30,262 nt of DNA from Campylobacteraceae bacterium (GCA_027023325.1 JALVVQ010000257.1:1-30262), one strand, 5' to 3'. Shown: positions 16,569-25,565, counted from the first letter of the stretch. The notes: generated from the sequence alone by a model not told the origin. Program-made: numbers and translations.

Positions 16569-17231
16569 ATGGCATTGAAAATGAAAGCGCTTTCCGCGCA
16601 GAGCGGAGAGAACAAATCAACCATACTGTTTTATATCAAAGAGGGATTGCTTCCAGCACCCTCCAAGCCCAAACCCAATGTGCATCTCTATGATGAAAGC
16701 TGCGTAGAGATCATAAAGTTCATCAAATACCTCCAGCATCATTTTGCCTATACCATCGCAGATATCAAACATATCTTTGAGCAGACGCCTTTGGATCTGG
16801 ATGGGAGTTTTGAGATGATGGTGAGCGCACTTGAGATCGCCACCGTAGGAAAAAATCCTGTATGGTATACCAAAGAAGCCTTTCTTAAAGAGAGTGGGCT
16901 GGAGGAGGAGACCTTGGATACCTATATCGATAGAGGGTATCTCTTCCAAAGAAAACAGGGGTTCAGTTCTGCGGAGCTTGAGATGGTAGGCATCTTGCAA
17001 AATCTTAGTACGCTTGGACTTGAGAGCGCACTGATAGACCAGTATGTGCAGAGTGCCAAGCAGATTGCTATGCTGGAGAGTGAGGCAGGTGCTAGGATGT
17101 TTGATACGATTGAAAAGGAGTCAACGGCACATTATGAGATGCTTTTTGACATGGTACTCAAGCTCAAGCCCTATATCTACAATATGCATACTGTTTCACA
17201 GTATTATCATGACAAAAGGAGCCAATCATGA
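16569..17231 (+). CDS. MerR family transcriptional regulator
   Basis: N-terminal MerR HTH (MKALSAQSGENKSTILFYIKEGLLP). A second HTH-like segment is present (FLKESGLEEETLDTYIDRGYL). Confidence 0.8.
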   Translation: MALKMKALSAQSGENKSTILFYIKEGLLPAPSKPKPNVHLYDESCVEIIKFIKYLQHHFAYTIADIKHIFEQTPLDLDGSFEMMVSALEIATVGKNPVWYTKEAFLKESGLEEETLDTYIDRGYLFQRKQGFSSAELEMVGILQNLSTLGLESALIDQYVQSAKQIAMLESEAGARMFDTIEKESTAHYEMLFDMVLKLKPYIYNMHTVSQYYHDKRSQS

Positions 17232-20200
17232 AAACACTCTTCCGCATCGCAGGGTTTACCCCTTATATATTGATCATCTTTCTCAATGCAATGACAGATC
17301 TGGGACACAAAATTATCCTACAAAATACGATCTTTAAGGCCTATGACGGCTCTGAGCTGATCGTGCTGACTGCGATAGTCAATGCCTTGATTCTGTTGCC
17401 GTTTATCTTTCTCTTTTCACCCTCTGGCTATATCGCTGACAAGTATCCCAAAACCAAAGTAATCGAGTATGCAGCACTGCTGGCGATAGGTATCACGGTA
17501 CTGATACTGATCAGTTACTACATGGGCTGGTTCTGGCTCGCCTTTGGGTTGACTTTTGTGCTGGCGGCGCAGAGTGCGGTCTATTCACCTGCCAAGTATG
17601 GGCTCATCAAAGAGATGGTAGGCAATGACAACCTTGCCTCTGCCAACGCACTGGTACAGGCAGTCACCATCATCTCTATACTTGCAGGTGCGGTGATCTA
17701 CTCACTGCTCTTTGAGAAGTTTTTGGGAGACAGAACGATACTCCCTCATGAGATACTACCGTATGTGGCACCGCTTGGCTACCTGCTTATCGCTGGAAGT
17801 ATCGTAGAGTACCTGCTTGCAAGACGGCTGGTGGGTGCGAAACAAAGCGAAGACAGTACCGTCAAATTTGAAGCAAAAAAGTATAAAAACCTTGGCTATC
17901 TCAAAGAGAATCTCACACTCCTCAAAAGCAATGAAACCGTATGGCTCAGTATCATCGGGCTGAGTATCTTCTGGGGGATCTCTCAGGTGGTTGTGGCTAT
18001 TTTCGGAGAGTATCTCAAGGGAGAGCTTGGTGTCACCGATACGGTGGTAGCACAGGGACTTTTAGCACTGTCTGGTGTGGGTATTATCGTAGGGTCTTTG
18101 TTGGCTGGAAGATTTAGCCGTCGCTATATCGAGACAGGGATCATTCCTCTAGGGGCTCTGGGTGTGTCACTCTCAGTCTATCTACTTCCTTCGCTTCACA
18201 GTCAGCTTGCTCTGGGTGTGGATCTTTTTGCTTTTGGACTCTTCGCAGGGCTCTTTATCGTACCACTCAATGCGCTGATTCAGTTTGCCACGCCGACACA
18301 TATCCTAGGGAAAATGCTTGCTGGCAACAACTTTGTCCAGAGTGTATCGATGTTTCTGTTTCTGGTGGTTACGGCACTGTTTGGCTACTTTGAGATATCA
18401 AGCAGGACACTGTTTTATCTCGTGGCGACCATTGCCTTTGTTGGGATGCTCTATACCTTTGTCAAGCTCCCGCAGTCGCTGGTGCGCTATCTTGTCAAGA
18501 TGCTCTTTCGCTTTCGATACCGTATCGAGGTCAAAGGACTCGAGCATATCAAAGCAGAGGGCAGAGGGGTACTACTGCTGGGTAATCATGTCTCGTTTCT
18601 CGATTGGGCGATGTTACAAATTGCCTACCCAAAGCAGATCCGCTTTGTAATGGACAGAACCTACTATGAAAAGTGGTATCTGAAGCCATTTTTTAATTTC
18701 TTTGGTGTGATCCCTATCTCTACCAGAGGAAGTAAAACAGCATTGGCAAAGGTGAGCGAAGCCTTGGAGAATGGTGATACCGTAGCACTCTTTCCAGAGG
18801 GGCACCTCTCTAGAAATGGTCATTTAGGCGAGTTCAAGAAAGGCTTTCAGGTCGCAGCCAAAGAGGTGGAGAATGCAGTGATCGTGCCTTTTTATCTCAG
18901 AGGACTCTGGGAGGATAACTTCTCTCATGCATCTGGGAAAATGAAGCGAAATAGCGCGAAGGATATCACGGTCAGTTTTGGTGAGATGATGGATATCTAT
19001 AGTACCCCTGTGGAGGTCAAAAAATCAGTCTTTGATCTCTCTATCTCTTCCTGGCAGGTGTACACAAAGGAACTACCCAGTATCCAAAAAGCATGGCTAC
19101 AGAGCGCCAAGGAATCAGGAGGCAAGCTCTGCATGGCAGATTCGACTGGGCTAGAACTCTCCAACCATAAGTTTGTCACAGGGACACTGCTTATCGCAAA
19201 CAGGCTGAAAAAGCCTCTCGCGCATACGCAAAATGTTGGACTTCTCTTGCCCACCTCAGTAGGGGGATCCATGGGAAACATGGCACTGCTCACACTGGGA
19301 AAAACGGTGGTCAATCTCAACTACTCCAGTGGTACACAGAGTTTGTTGCATGCGGTGGATATCGCACAGATAGAGACTGTCATTGCCTCCAAGCAGTTTG
19401 TGACCAGACTGAAGGCCAAAGGCTTCGATCTTTCAGAGGTGCTGGTGCAGGTGGAGGTAATCTATCTGGAGGATATCAAGGAACAGATTGGCAAGTTAGC
19501 ATCTCTGCGGATGCTGCTTAGTGTGAAGCTACTTCCGCTAGATATCCTGAGTCGCATCTATCTCAAGGAGCGCAGCCCAGAGGATACTGCAGCGATACTT
19601 TTCTCCAGTGGAAGCGAAGGCACACCCAAGGGGATTGAGCTGACCCATCGCAATATCATGGGTAACATCAAGCAGACCACCACACTGATCAATCCGACAG
19701 ATGAGGATGTGATGCTGGGCACCTTGCCGATCTTTCACTCCTTTGGCTTGACAGTGACGACCCTGCTGCCACTGGTCGAGGGGATTCCTGTGGCGTGCCA
19801 TCCTGATCCGACAGATGGCTTTGGGATAGGCAAGATGGCAGCCAAGTATGAGGCGACCATGCTCTTTGCGACGGCGACCTTCTTCCGACTCTATACCCGC
19901 AACCGCAAGCTTCATCCACTCATGTTCTCACACTTGAGGATGGTGATCGCAGGTGCCGAGAAGCTGCCTGCTGAGATCAGAGAGGCGTTTCGGGCGAAGT
20001 TTGGCAAAGAGATCTACGAGGGGTATGGTGCGACAGAGACCACACCTGTGGCTGGGGTCAATATCCCTGATGTCCTGATGATGGATGACTGGAAGGTGCA
20101 AAAGGGCAACAAGGCAGGCACGATAGGGCTGCCTCTGCCAGGAAGCAGCTTCCGTATCGTAGATCCTGAGAGCTTCGAAGAGCTGCCTGTAGGGGAGGAT

Positions 20201-20680
20201 GGCATGATCCTGATCGGCGGCACCCAGATCATGAAAGGTTACATCGGTGACCCTGACAAGACCGCTGCGGTGATCAGAGAGATTGATGGCATCCGCTGGT
20301 ATGTGACGGGTGACAAGGGGCATCTGGATGAGGATGGCTTCTTGACGATTGTGGATCGCTATAGCCGTTTTGCCAAAGTGGCTGGAGAGATGGTGAGTCT
20401 GGGGCTGGTAGAGAGTGAGATCGTCAAGGTGCTTTCAGAGGCAGACCAGATCGCTGTCGCTGCCCTGCCGGACGAGAAGAAGGGAGAGAAGTTGGTACTG
20501 CTACTGGAGGGAGAGATGACACTAGAGACACTCAAAGCAGAGATCAAAACGCTAGAGATGAATCCCCTCTTTGTACCCAGCGAATACTACAAGGTGGAGG
20601 CATTGCCTAAACTAGGCACAGGAAAAGCAGATTTCAAGGGTGCCAAAAAATTAGCACAGGAGTTGAGTGATGGAGAATAA
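17228..20680 (+). CDS. aas: Trifunctional MFS (LplT-like) / acyl-ACP:lysophospholipid acyltransferase / acyl-ACP synthetase (Aas)
   Basis: About 12 TM helices with QSAVYSPAKYG. PlsC motifs NHVSFLD and FPEG. AMP-binding motifs FSSGSEGTPKG, YEGYGATE and TGDKG. Confidence 0.92.
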   Translation: MKTLFRIAGFTPYILIIFLNAMTDLGHKIILQNTIFKAYDGSELIVLTAIVNALILLPFIFLFSPSGYIADKYPKTKVIEYAALLAIGITVLILISYYMGWFWLAFGLTFVLAAQSAVYSPAKYGLIKEMVGNDNLASANALVQAVTIISILAGAVIYSLLFEKFLGDRTILPHEILPYVAPLGYLLIAGSIVEYLLARRLVGAKQSEDSTVKFEAKKYKNLGYLKENLTLLKSNETVWLSIIGLSIFWGISQVVVAIFGEYLKGELGVTDTVVAQGLLALSGVGIIVGSLLAGRFSRRYIETGIIPLGALGVSLSVYLLPSLHSQLALGVDLFAFGLFAGLFIVPLNALIQFATPTHILGKMLAGNNFVQSVSMFLFLVVTALFGYFEISSRTLFYLVATIAFVGMLYTFVKLPQSLVRYLVKMLFRFRYRIEVKGLEHIKAEGRGVLLLGNHVSFLDWAMLQIAYPKQIRFVMDRTYYEKWYLKPFFNFFGVIPISTRGSKTALAKVSEALENGDTVALFPEGHLSRNGHLGEFKKGFQVAAKEVENAVIVPFYLRGLWEDNFSHASGKMKRNSAKDITVSFGEMMDIYSTPVEVKKSVFDLSISSWQVYTKELPSIQKAWLQSAKESGGKLCMADSTGLELSNHKFVTGTLLIANRLKKPLAHTQNVGLLLPTSVGGSMGNMALLTLGKTVVNLNYSSGTQSLLHAVDIAQIETVIASKQFVTRLKAKGFDLSEVLVQVEVIYLEDIKEQIGKLASLRMLLSVKLLPLDILSRIYLKERSPEDTAAILFSSGSEGTPKGIELTHRNIMGNIKQTTTLINPTDEDVMLGTLPIFHSFGLTVTTLLPLVEGIPVACHPDPTDGFGIGKMAAKYEATMLFATATFFRLYTRNRKLHPLMFSHLRMVIAGAEKLPAEIREAFRAKFGKEIYEGYGATETTPVAGVNIPDVLMMDDWKVQKGNKAGTIGLPLPGSSFRIVDPESFEELPVGEDGMILIGGTQIMKGYIGDPDKTAAVIREIDGIRWYVTGDKGHLDEDGFLTIVDRYSRFAKVAGEMVSLGLVESEIVKVLSEADQIAVAALPDEKKGEKLVLLLEGEMTLETLKAEIKTLEMNPLFVPSEYYKVEALPKLGTGKADFKGAKKLAQELSDGE

Positions 20681-20984
20681 GGAAGAGACATTGGAAGAGA
20701 GAACTTATCAGGGGTCACTGCTGTCAGTAATACACTTTCTGTCTGGGATTGCTGCGGCAGCGTATTCGATATTTTTGGTTACGAACTATAACCGTAATAT
20801 GCCTTGGGGTAACCTATTGACTTTCGGTATCCTCTTCTTGTATCTGTGGGGCTTGTATGCATCTGTACCGCGCTACAAAAAAGGAAGTATGGGCACAGCA
20901 AGGGGCATCTTTCATGTGATAGGAGGATTATCTTTGGTATTTTTTCTCAATATTTTTGTCTGCATGAATAGTTCAAGATTTTAA
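20667..20984 (+). CDS. Small hypothetical membrane protein (about 3 TM)
   Basis: Overlaps aas by 14 nt with a GGAG RBS, stops 2 nt before the next ATG and has three hydrophobic stretches. Confidence 0.7.
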   Translation: MMENKEETLEERTYQGSLLSVIHFLSGIAAAAYSIFLVTNYNRNMPWGNLLTFGILFLYLWGLYASVPRYKKGSMGTARGIFHVIGGLSLVFFLNIFVCMNSSRF

Positions 20985-20986
20985 AA

Positions 20987-21670
20987 ATGGCTATTCATAT
21001 CCTCTTTGATTTGCTCTCTTATCTGGCGGCAGGTGCGTTTTCTTGGAGGTATTTCAAGGATCCAAACCCTGTGATCATAGAGGAAGATATGCGTTGGTAT
21101 TACTACACTGTGTTGGTCGTTGGGTTTGTCTTGGGCTCTGTGGGTCTGAGTATACTCAACAACTATCTCTCACTAGAGGGACAGGTGATCTTGGGAAAAT
21201 CTATACTGGGAGCACTTTTCGGTGGGATACTTTTCTCTGAGACATTTAAGTACTTTATGGGCATCAAGGGTTCTACGGGGGCATATTTTGTCCCCTCTCT
21301 GGCTATCGGTATTGCGATTGGCAGAATCGGATGCTTTTTGGCAGGGCTTGAGGATTATACCTATGGTGTGGAGACGACTCTGCCGTGGGGTGTAGACTTT
21401 GGGGATGGGGTAGTGCGGCATCCTGTGCAACTCTATGAGAGTTTGGCGATGTTTGGATTTTTTGGGTTTGCCTTGTGGCGATACAGGGTAGACAGAGCAG
21501 GATTTGGGCGCACTATGTTTTACCAGTTTGTGCTTTGGTATGCCCTGCAGAGATTTGCCTGGGAGCAACTCAAGCCCTATGAGAATATCGTGTTGGGTAT
21601 CAATCTATTTGGCTGGGTTTGCTTGGTACTGATAGGGTATGCAGTGGTTTATCTATACAGAAATAAATAA
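20987..21670 (+). CDS. Divergent prolipoprotein diacylglyceryl transferase (Lgt)-family membrane protein
   Basis: GRIGCFLAG (residues 112-120), YG..TTLPWG, HPVQLYE (145-151) and QRFAWEQLK. GKSILG stands where Lgt has GMSFHGG. Short at 227 aa. Confidence 0.8.
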   Translation: MAIHILFDLLSYLAAGAFSWRYFKDPNPVIIEEDMRWYYYTVLVVGFVLGSVGLSILNNYLSLEGQVILGKSILGALFGGILFSETFKYFMGIKGSTGAYFVPSLAIGIAIGRIGCFLAGLEDYTYGVETTLPWGVDFGDGVVRHPVQLYESLAMFGFFGFALWRYRVDRAGFGRTMFYQFVLWYALQRFAWEQLKPYENIVLGINLFGWVCLVLIGYAVVYLYRNK

Positions 21671-21681
21671 AGGAAAGTATC

Positions 21682-23088
21682 ATGGCATTTTATGCACAAC
21701 ATTATGATCTGTTTTTGACAGCGACACAGAGTTTTTGTCAACAGTGTGACAACATCAATAGATTGGTTGACACCCATGTGGTGACCAAGGACAATGAGGT
21801 ATTCCTGCGTAAATTCTGTCCCACTTGTGGGGAGTCGATGGTAAAGATTTCCACCAATTATGACTACTACAAGCAGTGCGAAGCCTACCTCAAACAGCCG
21901 GACTTGCCAGAGAAGTCCTTGACACAGGTGCTTCGTGGTTGTCCCTATGACTGCGGGGTCTGTCCGCAGCACCAAAACCATCCCTGTCTGGCACTGTTCA
22001 ATGTCACAGATGAGTGCAATATGAAGTGCAATATCTGCTACTACGCAGCAGAGCCCGGACTGGGTAACCATCGCAGTATGGAGGAGATCTCACAGATGCT
22101 CGATACCCTGCTGGAGACCGAAAGTGAGCCTGACCTTATTCAAGTCACCGGAGGAGAGCCTACGACACACCCTCAGATCATGGAGATATTGCAGTTTCTC
22201 AAAAAGTCTCCAGTCAGGCATCTCATGCTCAACACCAATGGCATCCGTATCGCAGAAGATGAGGCGTTTGTCAAGGCACTTAAGAAGCTGGGCGCTGGGT
22301 TTGAGGTCTACTTACAGTTTGACTCTCTACAGAAAGAGGTGTTACAGGATATCCGAGCCAGAGATATGCGCGAGGTGAGACGCAAGGCATTGGCAATGCT
22401 GGAGAAGCATAATGTCTCTACTACGATCGTCTCAGTCATCAAAAAAGGACTGAATGACAAAGAGATCCCGCAGATCTTGGCATTCTCCCGCAAGTACCGC
22501 TGTATTCGTGGTGTGGTATTCCAGCCTGTCCAAGAGGTGGGGCGTATCAAAGCAGAAGGGGATTTCCGTATTACGCTGAGTGAGATCAGGCAGATCGTTG
22601 TCGAAGATGAGGGAAATCCTTTCACCGCAGCAGATATGATTCCGCTTCCCTGCGACCCACACAAGATCGGTGTAGGCTATGCTGCCAAGACCATGGGTAT
22701 AGATAAAGAGGGTGCTCCCTATGCCAACCTCATGCCAGTCACCGGACAGATTCCCAAAGAGATGATTACTGAGCAGAGAGGCACGGTGGCCTTCGAGCAA
22801 GACAGAGCATTTGTCAAGACGATTGTTGAGACTGTGAGCCTTGATACGGCTATGGGAGAGAGTATTCTCAAGGATAAGATCAAGACCAAGCTCTTCTGCT
22901 GCTGGCCGAGTTTTTTGAGTCCTGCAGATATGGGATATGAGAATGTCTATCGTATCGTTATTATGGAGTTCAGCGATGTGTATAATTTCGACACGACCAA
23001 CATCAAAAGAGAGTGTAACTTTATGATAGAGCCCAATCGGGTGATACCGTTTAGTACTTACAATATGGGGCTGTCGCGCTCTCAGTAG
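21682..23088 (+). CDS. Radical SAM protein, COG1964 / MJ0619 / Tes-like architecture
   Basis: C112xxxC116xxC119, VTGGEPT and LNTNG. Extra motifs are C19xxC22...C46xxC49 and C87PYDC91GVC94PQH97. AAGGA RBS. Confidence 0.85.
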   Translation: MAFYAQHYDLFLTATQSFCQQCDNINRLVDTHVVTKDNEVFLRKFCPTCGESMVKISTNYDYYKQCEAYLKQPDLPEKSLTQVLRGCPYDCGVCPQHQNHPCLALFNVTDECNMKCNICYYAAEPGLGNHRSMEEISQMLDTLLETESEPDLIQVTGGEPTTHPQIMEILQFLKKSPVRHLMLNTNGIRIAEDEAFVKALKKLGAGFEVYLQFDSLQKEVLQDIRARDMREVRRKALAMLEKHNVSTTIVSVIKKGLNDKEIPQILAFSRKYRCIRGVVFQPVQEVGRIKAEGDFRITLSEIRQIVVEDEGNPFTAADMIPLPCDPHKIGVGYAAKTMGIDKEGAPYANLMPVTGQIPKEMITEQRGTVAFEQDRAFVKTIVETVSLDTAMGESILKDKIKTKLFCCWPSFLSPADMGYENVYRIVIMEFSDVYNFDTTNIKRECNFMIEPNRVIPFSTYNMGLSRSQ

Positions 23089-23804
23089 AGCACCCGTGCC
23101 AGATAGAGTCCCTGTGGAGGTGCCACTCCTCTACTGTGGATTGTTGTGCGTGATAGTTGCTCTTTGAGCTGGGTAAGCGTCAGCTCTTCATTGGCAACCT
23201 TGATGGCAAAATCAATCATCATTCGTACCTGTGCCCGCAGAAAACCATTGGCTTCGAAGTAGAGGTAGTGGTATCTGCCTCTTTGTATGTGGTAGGCTTT
23301 GTGTATCTGTCGGATATTGTTTTTGGTCTCAGAACCGGTTTTAAGAAAATAGCTAAAATCATGTTCTCCAACAAAGCATGTCAATGCCTCTTCGAGTTTC
23401 TCACTATTGCTCAAAGGGAGAGAAGAGACAAACTCTTTTTCAAAAAGTGTTGGCTCTGTGGACTTGATGCAGTAGCGATAGATGCGTCTTTTGGCAGAAA
23501 ATCTGGCGTGAAAGTCTTGCTCTACTATACTGATATGTTTGAAGTATACATCCTTGAGTTTGCCATTGAGATGACTTTTTAACTTATTGAGATCCTCCCA
23601 GTAGGGAGGCAGGTCAAAATGGATCACCTGCCCTGTGGCATGGACACCAGCATCGGTGCGACCCGAGCCAGTGAGAGGAGAGGTGATACCCAAGCTCTCC
23701 AATGCTTCTTCGATGGTGGTGGTGATGGTCTGCTTGGTACTGGTCTGCTTTTGAAATCCCTGAAATTGGGTACCGTTATAAGCAATGACCGCTTTGACAC
23801 GCAT
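23082..23804 (-). CDS. truA: tRNA pseudouridine(38-40) synthase
   Basis: YNGTQFQGFQ, GSGRTDAGVHA, FHARFSA, ANGFLRAQVR and APPQGLYL. Confidence 0.95.
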   Translation of the reverse strand: MRVKAVIAYNGTQFQGFQKQTSTKQTITTTIEEALESLGITSPLTGSGRTDAGVHATGQVIHFDLPPYWEDLNKLKSHLNGKLKDVYFKHISIVEQDFHARFSAKRRIYRYCIKSTEPTLFEKEFVSSLPLSNSEKLEEALTCFVGEHDFSYFLKTGSETKNNIRQIHKAYHIQRGRYHYLYFEANGFLRAQVRMMIDFAIKVANEELTLTQLKEQLSRTTIHSRGVAPPQGLYLARVLY

Positions 23805-24820
23805 CAGAAATCTGCCTTGGCTTTTTTGGAGAAAAACAGTATGCTACTCCCGAGAAAGAATAAGGAGATAGCCAGCAGCAGTAGCGGCGTCCCCTCTTTT
23901 CTAAGCAGAGAGGCCGCGAGGTATATCGTTACTATCATAGTGAAACTGACAAGGTAGGTACGGGGTTTCTGGTATCTTGGATTGATGACAGAGAAGGCGA
24001 TGAGTATGCCAAGGACGAGCAGAGGAGAGAGAGAAAGAAAAATATTGTAGACAAACAGTGCCATGTCGCTTCGGCTCGTGCCTATATGACTCCAACCTCG
24101 GTTGAGCCATGTTGTATTGACAGCATGGCGTGCGTAATTATAGATGCGTAGCTGTGTATAGCTGATCGACTCTACCCTATTGGGTAAAAATGTATCCCCT
24201 GTTCCCTGATAGAGATTCAGAGAAAATTGACTGTTGTTGTGTTCTATCTCCCCTTTATTGGCAATGATCAGTACCTGTTTCTCTTTATCATCTGTCGTGA
24301 AGAGTACTATGTCATGATAGTCTTCCCCCTGTTTATCTCCCAAAAAGATGATATAGTCTCCAAATTTTTGCCCTAGACGGTTGGGTGCGATGTTGAGTCT
24401 TGCTTCGTCCGTTTTTTTACTCTTAAATAGTGTGTAGGCTGTGGTACTCTGTGGAATCGTATGTAAAGAAAGAATTAACATCAGTGAAGCGAAGAGTAGT
24501 GCTGGAAGTGTAAAGATCCTAAGGAGTCTGGTAGGCGTCAATCCAAAGGAGAAGAGAGCGATTAGTTCATTGTCCTCAGAGAGCTTGGTGAGCGTCACCG
24601 TAACTGCAGCAATAAATGAGAGTGGAAGTGTATAGAAGAGAATATCAGGAAGAAAAAATCCAAAAAGCGTCAAGAACTCTCCGGCATTCAATGAAATTTT
24701 CTGAGAGAGTATAGATATTCTAATGATATAGACAATAGAAAGTATGGAGAAAAATGGTAGAAAAATAAGAAGATACTGTTTGCCCAAATGTGAGAGGATA
24801 AAGCCCCTGACTCTACCCAT
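23804..24820 (-). CDS. LPS export ABC transporter permease, LptF/LptG family
   Basis: YjgP/YjgQ layout: TLPLSF, LSEDNELIALFSFG, a periplasmic beta-jellyroll region and three C-terminal TMs. Confidence 0.8.
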   Translation of the reverse strand: MGRVRGFILSHLGKQYLLIFLPFFSILSIVYIIRISILSQKISLNAGEFLTLFGFFLPDILFYTLPLSFIAAVTVTLTKLSEDNELIALFSFGLTPTRLLRIFTLPALLFASLMLILSLHTIPQSTTAYTLFKSKKTDEARLNIAPNRLGQKFGDYIIFLGDKQGEDYHDIVLFTTDDKEKQVLIIANKGEIEHNNSQFSLNLYQGTGDTFLPNRVESISYTQLRIYNYARHAVNTTWLNRGWSHIGTSRSDMALFVYNIFLSLSPLLVLGILIAFSVINPRYQKPRTYLVSFTMIVTIYLAASLLRKEGTPLLLLAISLFFLGSSILFFSKKAKADF

Positions 24821-25565
24821 ATATAATCCAGCTCAGTAGCGCATTGGCCTGTGTATCAAACAGATAGATGATCAGCGTGGCCAGTGCCAAGAAGGGCACG
24901 AAAGGTACCATGGTATCCTTGGCAAAGAGGGAGGGAAGGATTGCCAAGATCGCTGAAAGGAACAGTGCCAAAAAGAATCCAGGAAAACCAAGCAGTGCTG
25001 CCATCGTACCAGCGACGATCACATCGGCACCGCCCATTGCTTCCTTGCGCATTACAATGGAGATGATCTTGGCAAGCAGCCAGAGTCCACCCGCAGCAAA
25101 GAGTGCACTGACGATAGGGTTGTCCCATGCCATTTTGAGAGAGTTTGGTTGTATCAGTGCCATAGCCAGAGCAAAAAAGTTAACCGAATCTGGCACAGCA
25201 TAGTATTTGAGATCAATGACTGTCAGTGCAAACAGTGCGGTAAAAGAGGCTGCCACAAAAGGGAAATACCAGACCCAGCCCAGCTTGACAAAAAGTGCCA
25301 GCCAGAGAAGCCCTGTTAGAAACTCGACGAGAGGGTACTGCTTGGAGATCGGCTCCTTGCAAAAGCCACATTTTCCACCAAGAAAAACCCAAGAGAAAAT
25401 CGGTATGTTGTGGTACCATTTGAGTTTGGTGTTACAGCTGGTACAGTGTGAAGAGGGAAAGGCGATACTCTCTCCTCTGGGTGTACGGTAGATGACAACA
25501 TTCAAAAAAGAGCCAATTAGTAGCCCAAAAATAAAAACAGTGATACCTAGAAATATATTTTCCAT
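24813..25565 (-). CDS. Prepilin peptidase (A24 family); start reassigned from 25622 to the ATG at 25565
   Basis: GSFLNVVIYR, SHCTSC, NIPIFSW, KCGFC, IDLKY and MGGAD. The reassigned start sits 1 nt after the uppS stop. Confidence 0.88.
   Translation of the reverse strand: MENIFLGITVFIFGLLIGSFLNVVIYRTPRGESIAFPSSHCTSCNTKLKWYHNIPIFSWVFLGGKCGFCKEPISKQYPLVEFLTGLLWLALFVKLGWVWYFPFVAASFTALFALTVIDLKYYAVPDSVNFFALAMALIQPNSLKMAWDNPIVSALFAAGGLWLLAKIISIVMRKEAMGGADVIVAGTMAALLGFPGFFLALFLSAILAILPSLFAKDTMVPFVPFLALATLIIYLFDTQANALLSWIIYG

Noticed and set aside
17228-20680. MFS-acyltransferase-synthetase triple fusion as a novelty
   Set aside because: This Aas architecture is already known in Campylobacterota and other bacteria. 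Only its operon context is notable.
23082-23135. GTAGAG...CTCTAC inverted match at the radical SAM/truA junction
   Set aside because: It lies within truA coding sequence (conserved C-terminal GLYLARVLY region) and lacks the compact REP stem.
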